A DNA stretch of 64,000 nucleotides from positions 2,997-66,996 of the forward strand of contig JAFDAI010000005.1 of assembly GCA_019313905.1 (NCBI GenBank), in the 5' to 3' direction. The number at the start of each line of letters is the position of its first letter. Positions within the stretch are counted from its first letter, which is position 1. Position numbers and translations under genes: made by a program. The notes under the pieces were generated by a model. It ran no database searches. It saw nothing but the letters and a program-made list of their open reading frames with translations, and was not told where the DNA came from. This document shows positions 1 through 10,657 of this stretch, in pieces. Origin of the DNA: Deltaproteobacteria bacterium (GTDB taxonomy: Bacteria > Desulfobacterota > Syntrophia > Syntrophales > UBA2210).

Positions 1-988
1 TCCTGCCGGGCATTACTCTCCCTGTAAATTCGTCCACGATAACAACCTGACCGTCCTTTACAAGATAATCAATGTCTTTCCTGAACAGGGTATGTGCCTT
101 TAACGCCTGGTTTACATGGTGAAGGGTCTCCATATTTTTAGGTTCATACAGATTTTGGACATTCAGCAGTTTTTCGGATTTAGCCACACCCTCTTCCGTC
201 AAGACAACCGTCCTGCTCTTTTCATCTATGGTATAATCATGATCCTTTTTCAGTCGTGGAATGATCTGATTAACCCTGTAATATTTGTCTGTAGATTCTT
301 CAGACGGCCCGGAGATAATAAGAGGTGTTCTCGCCTCATCTATAAGAATACTGTCCACTTCATCAACTATCGCATAATGAAACTCTCTCTGGACATAATT
401 CTCGAGCTGGAAGCTCATATTGTCACGCAGATAGTCGAAACCAAATTCGTTGTTTGTACCATATGTTACATCGCAGCTGTACGCATTGCGTCTTTCTGTA
501 TCGTCTATTCCATGGACAATCACTCCGACAGAGAGACCAAGAAATTCATAAATGGGTCTCATCCAGTTTGCGTCTCTATTTGCCAGATAGTCATTCACGG
601 TAATCAGATGCACACCCTTGCCAGTTAACGCGTTCAGATACACGGGCATGGTCGAAGCCAGTGTCTTTCCCTCACCGGTCTTCATCTCCGCAATCTTACC
701 CTCATGCAGAACGATACCGCCTATGATCTGGGCATCAAACGGCCTCATTTCCAGAGTTCTCTTCGAGACTTCCCTGACAACGGCAAATGCCTCCGCAAGA
801 AGATCATCAAGAGAAGCTCCTTCAGCAAGTTTATCCTTGAAATATGGTGTCTTGGCCCTGAGCTCGGAATCGGTCAAGCTCTCAATCAAGGGTTCCTGCG
901 CGCTTACCTCTTTCATGATAACAGTCAGACGCTTTATTTCCCGGTCATTTTTACTTCCAACAATTTTTTTCAATACATAATTCAACAT
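1..988 (-). CDS. secA: Preprotein translocase ATPase SecA, N-terminal part (runs off window start)
   Basis: Manual translation: starts [21 protein letters not shown] at ATG 988; at the window edge reads [23 protein letters not shown], a hallmark SecA motif. Absent from the ORF track because it is truncated. Confidence 0.95.
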   Translation of the reverse strand, partial: MLNYVLKKIVGSKNDREIKRLTVIMKEVSAQEPLIESLTDSELRAKTPYFKDKLAEGASLDDLLAEAFAVVREVSKRTLEMRPFDAQIIGGIVLHEGKIAEMKTGEGKTLASTMPVYLNALTGKGVHLITVNDYLANRDANWMRPIYEFLGLSVGVIVHGIDDTERRNAYSCDVTYGTNNEFGFDYLRDNMSFQLENYVQREFHYAIVDEVDSILIDEARTPLIISGPSEESTDKYYRVNQIIPRLKKDHDYTIDEKSRTVVLTEEGVAKSEKLLNVQNLYEPKNMETLHHVNQALKAHTLFRKDIDYLVKDGQVVIVDEFTGRVMPGR

Positions 989-1067
989 GATCACACCATA
1001 AAAAAACCCGGCAAGAAATATTACCGGGAGAGTCTAACTGACAGGTAGTGAGCAGAGCCCGTCCGCA

Positions 1068-1991
1068 TTAAAAAAGATGTCTCCGTGGATTCACGTAAAC
1101 GCCGTTTATACAAACACCGTAGTGGAGATGAGGGCCGGTACTCCTCCCGGAATTACCCACATATCCGATTATATCTCCTCTTCTTACCCTATGTCCCTTC
1201 TTAACGTTGCCTTTTTTTAACAGATGTCCATAGACCGTTACCACACCGCTTCCATGGTTTATCTTAACCATGTTTCCCATACCTCTTTGCTTAGATGTGC
1301 CGGCCACAATACCATCCGCGGGAGCCACAATCTCCTTACCAATTTCTGTTGCTATGTCGATACCCCTATGAAACTCTCTCTTTCCCGTAAAAGGCGAAGC
1401 TCTGTATCCAAATTCTGAAGTTACCCAGCCTATCGTAGGCCATATGGAAGGTGTAGAGGCAAGTATTGATTTCTGCTTTCCAAGAAAATTGAGTAGCTCT
1501 GTAAAACTGTCCTTTTGAAGAGCGGCTTCGTCAAGCAGGTTATCCATATTGTCATGTATTCTATCAATAAGGGCGGATTCTACTTCTGCCGCATGTGAAA
1601 CAGTCCTCTCGTCTTCGGGCACTGGCCCCCCGACACCCAGCAGCTGGCTGTTATTTCGATTATTGTCAAGATTTGTCATAATCCTTATCTTCTTATCGAA
1701 TTGCGCCAGGTTCATCATTTTCTTTTCAAAATCATCAACCTTACTTGCAAGAAAATCAAGGCGGTCTCTTTGAAGAGAGGTTACCTGCTCCAATCTGGCC
1801 AGTTCTTTTACCTTGTCTCTGGTGTCTATGTAATTATAAGAAAGATAACAAAGTGACAATAAAACGGTTATTATCGCAACGGAGATAAACGACAGAAATG
1901 CGGCTGAAACTCCCAGCTTCTTTATTGATCCCTTTCCCTGAGGAATAGCAAGAAAGGTATAATATCTGTTTCCCACCCCGGATCCTTTCAC
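1068..1991 (-). CDS. M23 family metallopeptidase with N-terminal TM and coiled coil
   Basis: HRGID and HLHY M23 zinc motifs; STPSIWP; GNSGRSTGPHLHY. Confidence 0.9.
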   Translation of the reverse strand: MKGSGVGNRYYTFLAIPQGKGSIKKLGVSAAFLSFISVAIITVLLSLCYLSYNYIDTRDKVKELARLEQVTSLQRDRLDFLASKVDDFEKKMMNLAQFDKKIRIMTNLDNNRNNSQLLGVGGPVPEDERTVSHAAEVESALIDRIHDNMDNLLDEAALQKDSFTELLNFLGKQKSILASTPSIWPTIGWVTSEFGYRASPFTGKREFHRGIDIATEIGKEIVAPADGIVAGTSKQRGMGNMVKINHGSGVVTVYGHLLKKGNVKKGHRVRRGDIIGYVGNSGRSTGPHLHYGVCINGVYVNPRRHLF

Positions 1992-2191
1992 ACGATTTCC
2001 AATGGAGGTCCCTGAAAAAACTCATGCCTGAGAGAACTCCCTTAAAACCCTGCTGGTTTTTCTGTGTTGCCAGAATATTAAAAGTCGATCTTCAATGAAC
2101 CCTGAAGCACCTGTAAACTACAGCAATACTCCCAATACTCTCGTGGAAACTACCACAGCTGTTTCAAATGTCAAGAAAAGATTGAAAATGG

Positions 2192-4144
2192 TCAGGTTCT
2201 TTTTTCGACTACAATAAGAGGATCTCCTACATCGACTTCATCTCCGGGCGATACCAACACATCTGAGATTACCCCGTTTATTTCAGAGATTACGTTGTTG
2301 AGCATTTTCATCGCTTCAAGGACAATCAATATCTGTCCTGCCGAAACATCTTCCTCCTCCGTAACGGGAATTTCACTTACCGTTCCCTTTATGGATGATC
2401 TGACATCTCCCGATTGCGCGAGCTCTTCTATCTCTTTGACTGAAAATGCAACCCTTTTTTCTTTCCCCCCGCCTTCCTGTTCAAGTTCTGTCAGTATGGG
2501 CTCGGGATGATGATTTATGGTCAGATAGGTAACCGCATCCCCTGTTTTTGTTTTTCGTTTCGGACCTATCTCTATAATATGGTGTTTTCCATAGGCATCA
2601 GAAAACTCAATTTTTTCTCCAAGATTGAATCCACCCTTCTTAAACCACACACCGGGAGGCAATACCCATGTCTTGCCATATTCCTCCTCGAATTTAAAGA
2701 AATTCGCCGCATCATTGGGATGTTGCAGATACAACACAAACTCATCTTCCGTTGCCGCCCGTCCAAGACGGTGTTCAAGCACCCTTCTGTCCACATCTAG
2801 ATCGATATCTTCTATCTTCTGATAACCCTTTTCTTTTTCTATTATTTTTTTCCAATCCGGCCCGAATACCGCTTCATATACGTCACCGGAGGGCTTATAA
2901 AACGGAAGGTCTCCATATCTTCCCAGCATTAGATTCTTAAGGTCATCATTCGCATCTTTATATCTCGTACCGCCAAGAACATTATTGACAGCTGTGGTCC
3001 ACAGGATCTGTGAACCCGGTGTTACGCTCCACCAATTCCCAAGCTCGGTCTGGACACGGGGCAATTCTTTCTGGAGAATTTCAGGCATCAAATGCAGAAA
3101 ATCACCCTTGACAGCCTGTTCAAAACTCGATCCCGTCGCTCCACCCGGCAGTTTATGGGTCTGAACCGTGGGATCAAATCCGAGAAACTGAGATTCAAGA
3201 TTCTTGTAATGTTCTCTCTCCGGACGCAGTTTATTCGAGGTATCAATGACCGACTGCCTGTCTATACCCAGCGCACGGTGTCCATATTCATTTAGCGTAT
3301 CGATGACCGTCAATATAGGGGGAGGTCCGTAGAAACCGGTGAAGGCATGATCAGCCGCATCCACAATTTTTGCCCCGTTTCTCACAGCCTCAACAATCCT
3401 TCCCACATCATTCCCGTCCGTGTTATGGCCGTGGTAGTGGATAATGAGATCCGGATACTTGTCCAGAATAGATTTCGTCAGATCTCCAATCCTCTTGGCA
3501 GTTCCAAGACCACCGTGATTCTTTATACAGAGAATTATATCCTCGCCGGTAACATCGAGTATCTCTTTCACCTTCCGCACATAAAATTCGTCGGTATGCT
3601 CCGGCCCCGTTGAGAAACATATCGAGGGCTCCAGTATGCAACCCGCATCTTTTACCTCTTCAAACACCGCAGTCATATTGGGTACATAATTAAGAAAATC
3701 AAAGACCCTCCAAAGATGCACGTAACGGGCAAAACTCCGGACTGTCAAACGAATCACATTTTCAGGATATGGCCTGTAACCGAAAAGATTGATTCCCCTG
3801 CAAAGAGTCTGAAACATCGTATCGGGCATTAACGAACTGAGAATCTCCAGCTTCTCCAGGGGATTGATCTGCCTGCGCAACATATCAACATGAATCGATG
3901 CGCCCCCTGATATCTCAAGAGAAAGATATCCCGAGTCGTTTCGCTCTTGGGAAACCAGGATCTGCGTGTGCGGCATTATACGATTTTTAAAGTCGGATTG
4001 GGAGAGGTCCCTCTCCGTGTTGGTTATGTAATATCCATCTCCCGCACTGATCTTGTCGAGTACATGGCGCACTCCTCTCTCACGCAAATCGCGGGGGGTA
4101 ATTCTCTCATCAATGGTCTGCTGCACCGTTTTAAGTCCTTTCAA
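2192..4144 (-). CDS. Pyruvate-carboxylase-like beta subunit (carboxyltransferase + biotinyl domain), divergent
   Basis: RDLSQS, LCRGINLFGYRPYP, HYHGH, VTPGSQI; C-terminal EAMKM biotinylation motif. Confidence 0.85.
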   Translation of the reverse strand: MKGLKTVQQTIDERITPRDLRERGVRHVLDKISAGDGYYITNTERDLSQSDFKNRIMPHTQILVSQERNDSGYLSLEISGGASIHVDMLRRQINPLEKLEILSSLMPDTMFQTLCRGINLFGYRPYPENVIRLTVRSFARYVHLWRVFDFLNYVPNMTAVFEEVKDAGCILEPSICFSTGPEHTDEFYVRKVKEILDVTGEDIILCIKNHGGLGTAKRIGDLTKSILDKYPDLIIHYHGHNTDGNDVGRIVEAVRNGAKIVDAADHAFTGFYGPPPILTVIDTLNEYGHRALGIDRQSVIDTSNKLRPEREHYKNLESQFLGFDPTVQTHKLPGGATGSSFEQAVKGDFLHLMPEILQKELPRVQTELGNWWSVTPGSQILWTTAVNNVLGGTRYKDANDDLKNLMLGRYGDLPFYKPSGDVYEAVFGPDWKKIIEKEKGYQKIEDIDLDVDRRVLEHRLGRAATEDEFVLYLQHPNDAANFFKFEEEYGKTWVLPPGVWFKKGGFNLGEKIEFSDAYGKHHIIEIGPKRKTKTGDAVTYLTINHHPEPILTELEQEGGGKEKRVAFSVKEIEELAQSGDVRSSIKGTVSEIPVTEEEDVSAGQILIVLEAMKMLNNVISEINGVISDVLVSPGDEVDVGDPLIVVEKRT

Positions 4145-4224
4145 GTCCTAACCCCGATAAACGGGATAAGTGCGTTAACGAAATTATCCCCCGCGGAAAA
4201 ACGCGGAAAACAATTTCTAACTTA

Positions 4225-5682
4225 CTAATACGCGTAAGGGTTAGTTTTTTTTGCATGGATTTCTGCGATCAACTGCGAAAGTTTGGCGACTTCCCGCTTA
4301 TTCTCCGGGTAGTCAAATACCTCGGGATGCGTGTCCAGATAAGATGTATCGAACTCGCCCTTACGAAAATCGGGCTCATCACAGATTGCCAGGTAGAATG
4401 GTATCGTCGTCTTCGGACCACAAATCAGGAAGTCGTTTAAGGCCCTCTTGAGACGCTGTATGGCCTGTTCCCAGTTATACCCGCGAACCATCATCTTCAC
4501 CAAAAGCGAATCATATTCAGTCGGAATTTTGTATCCCTGATACACCATACCATCCAGTCTTATACCGGGACCTCCGGGAGACTGGTATACTTCCACCCTC
4601 TTTCCACCTTCCGGCATGAAATCGTTTCTCGGATCCTCCGCGTTAATCCTTACCTGAATAGCCTTGCCCAGAAGGCGAACCCGTACTTCGGGAATTTTCA
4701 GGTGTTTCCCCTCCGCTATCATTATCTGTTCTCTTACTATATCCACACCACTCAACATTTCGGTAACCGTGTGCTCAACCTGAAGTCTCGTGTTAATCTC
4801 CATAAACCAGAATTCATTGGTGCGGGGATCAACCAGAAACTCCACGGTCCCAGCGTTTATATAACCGGACTCTCTAGCCGCCAGTATGGCCGTTTCATAC
4901 ATTGATTTAAGGACATCAACCGGGAGATCCGCAGGCGCTATTTCTATCAGCTTCTGGTGTCTCCGCTGAATGGAGCAATCCCGTGAACCGAGGTGGATGA
5001 TTTTCCCATACTGGTCCGCCAGTATCTGAATCTCCACATGACGCGGATTTTCAATACATTTCTCTATATAAATATTATCGTCGTTAAATGCCTGCAGGGC
5101 CTCCGACCTCGATAGAGGCATCTGGATCAGCAGGTCATCTGCATCTTCAACTTTTCTTATACCCCTGCCCCCTCCTCCCGAGGACGCCTTCAGCATAAGT
5201 GGATACCCGTATTTCCTGCCAAAATCAGTGGCCTTTCTTATCCCATCTTCTTCCCTGGAAAGATTTCCCGTACCCGGAATAACAGGTATGCCCGCCTTTT
5301 CCATAATCCCCCTGGCAACAATCTTGTTCCCCAGATTATGAATAACATCGGGAGGGGGACCGATAAAATTGATACCAGCTTTCTCACAAGCACTGGAAAA
5401 ATCGGGATTCTCCGCCAGAAATCCGTACCCAGGATGTATCGCGTTGGCGCCACTCTTACGAGCCGCCCATATCATCTTGTCAATATCAAGATAATCCTTC
5501 CTCGGCCCATCGCCTATCATGATAGCATCATCCGCAGATCTGATAAACAACGCTTCGTTATCCGGATTCTCGTAAACGGCTACAGATCCGAGCCCAAGTT
5601 CCTTGATCGTCCGAATCAATCTCAGGGCTATTTCACCCCTGTTTGCAACCAGAATTTTATTTATCTTTTTACCTGTTGTCAT
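4225..5682 (-). CDS. Biotin carboxylase (pyruvate carboxylase subunit A type)
   Basis: KILVANRGEIA, HPGYGFLAEN, GGGGRG, RDCSIQRRHQK, FMEINTRLQVEH. Confidence 0.95.
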   Translation of the reverse strand: MTTGKKINKILVANRGEIALRLIRTIKELGLGSVAVYENPDNEALFIRSADDAIMIGDGPRKDYLDIDKMIWAARKSGANAIHPGYGFLAENPDFSSACEKAGINFIGPPPDVIHNLGNKIVARGIMEKAGIPVIPGTGNLSREEDGIRKATDFGRKYGYPLMLKASSGGGGRGIRKVEDADDLLIQMPLSRSEALQAFNDDNIYIEKCIENPRHVEIQILADQYGKIIHLGSRDCSIQRRHQKLIEIAPADLPVDVLKSMYETAILAARESGYINAGTVEFLVDPRTNEFWFMEINTRLQVEHTVTEMLSGVDIVREQIMIAEGKHLKIPEVRVRLLGKAIQVRINAEDPRNDFMPEGGKRVEVYQSPGGPGIRLDGMVYQGYKIPTEYDSLLVKMMVRGYNWEQAIQRLKRALNDFLICGPKTTIPFYLAICDEPDFRKGEFDTSYLDTHPEVFDYPENKREVAKLSQLIAEIHAKKTNPYAY

Positions 5683-5796
5683 TATTACCCTTCCAAGTAG
5701 AGATGTGAGAAATTGTGCATGCTATATTTATCGGTTTGTCATGTCAAGAAAATAGGCGACCGCTAAGGTAGCATAGCGTGGCTTTTTGCGAATAAA

Positions 5797-6963
5797 TCAG
5801 ATGTAACTGTGCATTATTCTGTATAAATCTCTGTCCAAATTCCCGGAGCCTTCTCTTCTGTGCTCTTCCAGCACAGCCTTGAGCGCATTATAAGTCCTCG
5901 TGTCCGAAAGATCATCAAGGCTTGCGTATATGCCCTTTCTCCTGCCCAGACGATATATAAGTCTGTCGTCTTCTGGCATCGCGAAGAACCTGTCAATGAT
6001 GCCAAGGAGCTTCTCTTTGTCCCCGGGAAGCCTGCCTCCCAGTTCTTCCAGGAGATTGAGTATATGATCGCTGACTATTCGGCTTTTAATGCCATCAAGG
6101 TTTTCGATAAACAGTCTTATCTCTCTTACTACATCCTCATCACCAAGCGGTTTGAATTCCCCGTTCTTCATCATTTTGTAAAGGTCTGTGTCTCTTCTTA
6201 CCTGCAGTGATCTCATCCTTACGTAATCGGGTTTTATCTCATTGATAACCCTTGCGGTCTCCAAAGCATTTTCACGTGACCATCTATCACCCCCAAGACC
6301 CGGAATGATATACTCTGAGAGAGATATGCCCGATTCCACCACCTTTTGTCCGCCCTCTATATGATCCGCAGCAGTGGCACCCTTCTTGATAAACTTCAGG
6401 ACAGGGTCGCATCCGCTTTCCAGCCCGATATGGATCCTTGTCAGGCCGGCGTCGCGCAGCATACATAATTCCTCAATAGATTTCCGACGGGCGGTATGAG
6501 ACCGGCAGTATGAAGTAATTCTTTTGACAGCGGGAAATTTTTCTCTGATGAAAGCTATCATTTCAACCAGATCCCCTGTTTTCACTATAATGGAATCGGC
6601 ATCCTGGAGAAAAACAGATTCACCGCCGAAATAGAGCCATGCAGCTACCTGTCTAAAACTGTCGCTGTAGAATGCCTCGCTCCCGTAAATACGATCTATC
6701 ACAAAGCGCGTAACCGATCCCCCCTGCCCCAGTTTCCAGGATATCTCCCGTATCTGATCCGCTATATCCCCGGCTTCCTGTATATCAGCCTTGACCTCCT
6801 TTACAGATCTCAGTTTAAACTTTGTTCCGTGATAGGTATGGCAAAAGGCACACTTGTTCCAGGGACAATTTCTTGTAACCCTGATCAGAAGGCTTCTTGC
6901 CTCGCTCGGAGGCCTTATAGGCCCCTGTTCAAAAGAAAAATTCATAATATTATCACCATGCAT
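5797..6963 (-). CDS. Radical SAM protein
   Basis: GPIRPPSEA followed by CPWNKCAFC (CxxxCxxC); start may be the downstream Met (MNFSFEQ). Confidence 0.9.
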   Translation of the reverse strand: MHGDNIMNFSFEQGPIRPPSEARSLLIRVTRNCPWNKCAFCHTYHGTKFKLRSVKEVKADIQEAGDIADQIREISWKLGQGGSVTRFVIDRIYGSEAFYSDSFRQVAAWLYFGGESVFLQDADSIIVKTGDLVEMIAFIREKFPAVKRITSYCRSHTARRKSIEELCMLRDAGLTRIHIGLESGCDPVLKFIKKGATAADHIEGGQKVVESGISLSEYIIPGLGGDRWSRENALETARVINEIKPDYVRMRSLQVRRDTDLYKMMKNGEFKPLGDEDVVREIRLFIENLDGIKSRIVSDHILNLLEELGGRLPGDKEKLLGIIDRFFAMPEDDRLIYRLGRRKGIYASLDDLSDTRTYNALKAVLEEHRREGSGNLDRDLYRIMHSYI

Positions 6964-6966
6964 GCA

Positions 6967-7497
6967 TCAAATCATTTTTTTCAACTCATCTGAAAATACA
7001 TCATATATATCCCGACTGAACAAGACAAATCTGACCAGTTCTATATCTTCGTGGTTCTTCACATAATTAATTGTGGTCTCAAGGGCAATATGCGCCGCTT
7101 CCCTCGGGGGATAACCATATATCCCCGCGCTTATTGCTGGAAAAGACACGCTCCTGAGTCTATTTTGAGTAACCTTTTTAAGACTCTCCAGATAGGCGCT
7201 TTTCAGAAGGTCTGCCTCTCCCCGATTGCCCCCACTGTAAACGGGGCCTACAGTATGTATAATATATCCGGCCTTGAGGTTCCCCCCCCCGGTAACCACT
7301 GCCTGTCCCGTGGAACAGTAGCCTATCTCTCTGCACTCCTCCATGATGGAGGGGCCTCCCGCCCTGTGTATGGCGCCATCCACGCCCCCGCCGCCCTTCA
7401 ATCCCGAATTCGCGGCATTCACTATGGCTTCTGTTTCTTCCCTCGTTATGTCTCCCTGAACAAGTGCAATCATCGCATTATTGATCTTTGTTTCCAT
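6967..7497 (-). CDS. Macrodomain protein (O-acetyl-ADP-ribose deacetylase, YmdB-like)
   Basis: GDIT, NAAN, GGGGVDGAIHRAGG, FPAISAGIYG. Confidence 0.93.
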   Translation of the reverse strand: METKINNAMIALVQGDITREETEAIVNAANSGLKGGGGVDGAIHRAGGPSIMEECREIGYCSTGQAVVTGGGNLKAGYIIHTVGPVYSGGNRGEADLLKSAYLESLKKVTQNRLRSVSFPAISAGIYGYPPREAAHIALETTINYVKNHEDIELVRFVLFSRDIYDVFSDELKKMI

Positions 7498-7554
7498 GAT
7501 TACCTCCCTGCGTTAATCCCTGACACACATTCTGTTCATCCACGCTCCTTGAAG

Positions 7555-7583
7555 ATTCTAAAACAGATCTGTGAATTTATCAA
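7555..7583 (-). promoter_or_regulatory. Putative sigma70 promoter of the macrodomain-radical SAM operon
   Basis: Minus strand TTGATA-17 nt-TAGAAT, about 58 nt upstream of the ATG at 7497. Confidence 0.5.
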
Positions 7584-7780
7584 TCTATGGATGGCTGATG
7601 GCACAGGAGAGTTAAACAATGCAAGGGTCGCAAGGAAGAAATCGGAAATGTTACAGGTATCATGAAGGGCGGCAGAGAAACGCCTCTTGGATGTCTTTGC
7701 CACGAGACCCTTGAAAGATGGTATAGGCGTGGCATGTCCTGTTTTGAAAAACTTTTATGAAGGGCTTCGATTCTGTCCCG

Positions 7781-8386
7781 CTATTTCTTGATCTTTTCCT
7801 CATAGAACTTGATGGAATAATCTACACCGGACCACAGCGTCAGGGCAAGGGCAAGGTAGAGTATAACCATACCCACTGCATGCGCGTTAATACCAAAGAC
7901 CGTGTCATAATGTATCAACAGCGCTGATACCGCGACAATCTGGCACAGGGTCTTCTGCTTGCCCAGCCTGCTTGCGTCGATTATAAGGCCATCCGCCGAA
8001 GCGACACTTCGCAGGCCGTCCACTAATAAATCTCTCATGATAATAACAGCAACTATCCACGCCGGGATCCTGCCTATCGGAATCATCATAATCATAGCGG
8101 TACTCACTATAAGTTTGTCCGCCACGGGATCCAGAAACTTTCCCATTGTGGTTACGATATTGTACTTTCTCGCTACGTATCCATCTATCAGATCCGTAAT
8201 TGAGGCTACAATAAACAGGACGGCAATAACCATACTCAGGATTTTGCCGGGAGAAAGAAGAAGCAGAAACAATACCGGGATCACCGCGAGCCTGAGAAGG
8301 GTGATACAGTTCGGAAGATTGAATATCTCGCTTCTATCCTCTGATGTCGTCATCTTATCAAAGAAATCTTTCAGAAAGTTTATCAT
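7781..8386 (-). CDS. pgsA: CDP-diacylglycerol--glycerol-3-phosphate 3-phosphatidyltransferase
   Basis: NLPNCITLLR; DLIDGYVARK...GKFLDPVADK CDP-alcohol phosphotransferase motif; start reassigned to MINFLK just after the fsa stop. Confidence 0.92.
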   Translation of the reverse strand: MINFLKDFFDKMTTSEDRSEIFNLPNCITLLRLAVIPVLFLLLLSPGKILSMVIAVLFIVASITDLIDGYVARKYNIVTTMGKFLDPVADKLIVSTAMIMMIPIGRIPAWIVAVIIMRDLLVDGLRSVASADGLIIDASRLGKQKTLCQIVAVSALLIHYDTVFGINAHAVGMVILYLALALTLWSGVDYSIKFYEEKIKK

Positions 8387-8387
8387 G

Positions 8388-9035
8388 TCACCCCTTCGGA
8401 ACCTTACGCCAGTCGGCCAGAAATCTCTCAACACCCACATCTGTAAGCGGATGTCCGGCAAGCTGCTTTATAACCTTAAATGGGATTGTAGCAATATCGG
8501 CCCCGATAAGCGCCGCATCAAGAACATGAAGGGGGTGTCTGACACTGGCAACAATAATTTCGCAGTCAAATCCGTAGTTGTCGAAGATAGTCAGTATCTG
8601 CTCCACAAGATCCATTCCATTGTGGGAAATATCGTCAAGCCTCCCTATGAAGGGACTGACATAGTCAGCGCCCGCCTTAGCGGCCAGAAGTGCCTGCACA
8701 GGCGAGAAAACCAGTGTCTGGTTTACACTGACTCCCAGGTTCGATAACATCCGTGTTGCCTTCAATCCCTCGGTGGTCATCGGAACCTTCACCACAACAT
8801 TTTCCGCCAGCTTCGCCAGTTTCCTGCCTTCGGCAACCATACCATCGGCGTCTTCGCTTATCACCTCAAGACTTACAGGCCCCTCGACTATCTCCAATAT
8901 TTCTCTGACTACTGTGTCAAAATCCTTATTTTCCTTTGCAACAAGTGAGGGATTTGTGGTTACGCCATCAACCATCCCCAGTTCCAAACCCTCTTTGATT
9001 TCATCAATATTCCCGGTATCTATAAAAAACTTCAT
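8388..9035 (-). CDS. fsa: Fructose-6-phosphate aldolase / small transaldolase
   Basis: [31 protein letters not shown]. Confidence 0.92.
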   Translation of the reverse strand: MKFFIDTGNIDEIKEGLELGMVDGVTTNPSLVAKENKDFDTVVREILEIVEGPVSLEVISEDADGMVAEGRKLAKLAENVVVKVPMTTEGLKATRMLSNLGVSVNQTLVFSPVQALLAAKAGADYVSPFIGRLDDISHNGMDLVEQILTIFDNYGFDCEIIVASVRHPLHVLDAALIGADIATIPFKVIKQLAGHPLTDVGVERFLADWRKVPKG

Positions 9036-9044
9036 ATAATCTCC

Positions 9045-9302
9045 TTAACTGTTTTCTTTCATGTATTTTTCAAGACATTCCCTGCTGCAAAAGTACAGCG
9101 TCTCGCCATTCAGGGTGGCTTTGTGGGCGCTGCTTACCGGCACATATGTGCCGCAACATGGATCTTTTACAAGCTCTTCGCCCTTTATCCTGGACGCCCC
9201 TCTGGGATGACTTTTCAATATCTTCTCTGACGGGGCAAACAAAAACCTTGAGAGACGATATATCACATATACGATAATGCCTGCAATTACTAAACGAATC
9301 AT
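9045..9302 (-). CDS. Small membrane-anchored YHS/TRASH-domain protein
   Basis: N-terminal hydrophobic helix; DPCCGTYV...YFCSRECLEKY. Confidence 0.8.
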   Translation of the reverse strand: MIRLVIAGIIVYVIYRLSRFLFAPSEKILKSHPRGASRIKGEELVKDPCCGTYVPVSSAHKATLNGETLYFCSRECLEKYMKENS

Positions 9303-9304
9303 TC

Positions 9305-9823
9305 TCAAACAAACTGGCGGCCCCACTCACCACTCAGCCATTCAACTTTATTTTCATCCTGAAGCCTGTCCAGCAGCCCCTTTACAGAAATCCCGAACGC
9401 GGGATGTATAGCACAGGGAGCTATCTCATTCAATGGAACAAGCACAAAACGTCTCTTGTGAAGCTCAGAATGCGGTATGACAAGTCCTTTCCCCTCTATG
9501 ACAGCCTGTCCATATAGAAGAATATCAATATCTATTATCCTTGGCCCCCATTTTTCGCCCCTGAGCCTGCCCATTTCATCTTCCACCCTCTGTACGGCAT
9601 TCATGAGGGCGCGCGGCCTGAGCCTGGTTCTTATCTCAATGACTCCATTTATAAACCAGTCCTGTTCTTCAAATCCGACTGGCTGAGTCTTATACAGTGA
9701 TGAGCATCTCAAAGCCTTAACGCCATCTATATCAGATATGCGTTTTACAGCAGCGGCACAGTTCGAAACCGGATTTCCCACATTGGAACCTATGCCCAGA
9801 AAGCAGACAACGCCATCATCCAT
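9305..9823 (-). CDS. folK: 2-amino-4-hydroxy-6-hydroxymethyldihydropteridine pyrophosphokinase
   Basis: LGIGSNVG, WGPRIIDIDILLY, IPH, RRFVLVPL. Confidence 0.95.
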   Translation of the reverse strand: MDDGVVCFLGIGSNVGNPVSNCAAAVKRISDIDGVKALRCSSLYKTQPVGFEEQDWFINGVIEIRTRLRPRALMNAVQRVEDEMGRLRGEKWGPRIIDIDILLYGQAVIEGKGLVIPHSELHKRRFVLVPLNEIAPCAIHPAFGISVKGLLDRLQDENKVEWLSGEWGRQFV

Positions 9824-9838
9824 GGTGACATCCTTGTT

Positions 9839-10657
9839 TCAATCCTTCAGGCCCAGAACATCCTGCATATCATAAAGCCCGTTCTCCCTGTCCATAATCC
9901 AGACAGCCGCCCTGATCGCCCCTCCGGCAAAATTATCGCGACTGTGGGCCCTGTGAATAAACTCCAGTCTTTCGCCCATACCGCCAAAGATTACCGTATG
10001 TTCTCCGACAATGTCACCGGCTCTTACGGTCTGTACACCTATTTCACTCCTCGGCCTCGCGCCTATCATGCCCCTGCGCCCATACACGCCGACTTTCTCG
10101 AGATCTCTGTCAAGTGCGTCTGCTACGATCTCGGCCATTTTCACAGCTGTCCCGCTGGGCGCGTCCTTCTTCTGATTATGATGCGCCTCTATGATCTCCA
10201 CATCATACCCATCACCCAAGATCCCGGCCACATCCTTAAGCACCTTGAACATTACATTTACACCCACACTCATGTTGGGAGCCAGAACGCATCTCGCCCC
10301 TCTGGATATCTCCGCCACCTGTTCCATCTCACCCGGTGTCAATCCTGTGGAACCTATTACAACAGCTTTATTATTCTCCGCGGCTATCCTGAGATGCGCT
10401 ACAGAGGCAGTGTGACTGCTGAAATCTATAATGACATCACCCCGTCCGACGCATTCGTTCAGGTCATCTTCCAGGATTACACCCGTTTTGCCCAGTCCCA
10501 GATATGCGCCGACATCACTGCCTGTGAGTTGGTGACCCTTCTGCTCCACCGCTCCTACAAGCTCTACCCCATCAGTGTCTTGGACAAGCGTTATTATACG
10601 CCCCCCCATCCTTCCGGCAGCACCGGTAACTATCACTTTTACCATTTTACTCACCAT
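9839..10657 (-). CDS. dapB: 4-hydroxy-tetrahydrodipicolinate reductase
   Basis: GAAGRMG, EAHHNQKKDAPSGTA; start at TAATG overlap with the dapA stop. Confidence 0.95.
   Translation of the reverse strand: MVSKMVKVIVTGAAGRMGGRIITLVQDTDGVELVGAVEQKGHQLTGSDVGAYLGLGKTGVILEDDLNECVGRGDVIIDFSSHTASVAHLRIAAENNKAVVIGSTGLTPGEMEQVAEISRGARCVLAPNMSVGVNVMFKVLKDVAGILGDGYDVEIIEAHHNQKKDAPSGTAVKMAEIVADALDRDLEKVGVYGRRGMIGARPRSEIGVQTVRAGDIVGEHTVIFGGMGERLEFIHRAHSRDNFAGGAIRAAVWIMDRENGLYDMQDVLGLKD

Noticed and set aside
1000-1028. Attenuator or secM-like control upstream of secA
   Set aside because: Weak 5-bp stem with a large loop and no leader peptide; at best an ordinary terminator of the M23 gene
116-1048. Three plus-strand ORFs at the window start
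   Set aside because: Antisense to the truncated secA, which the ORF track missed
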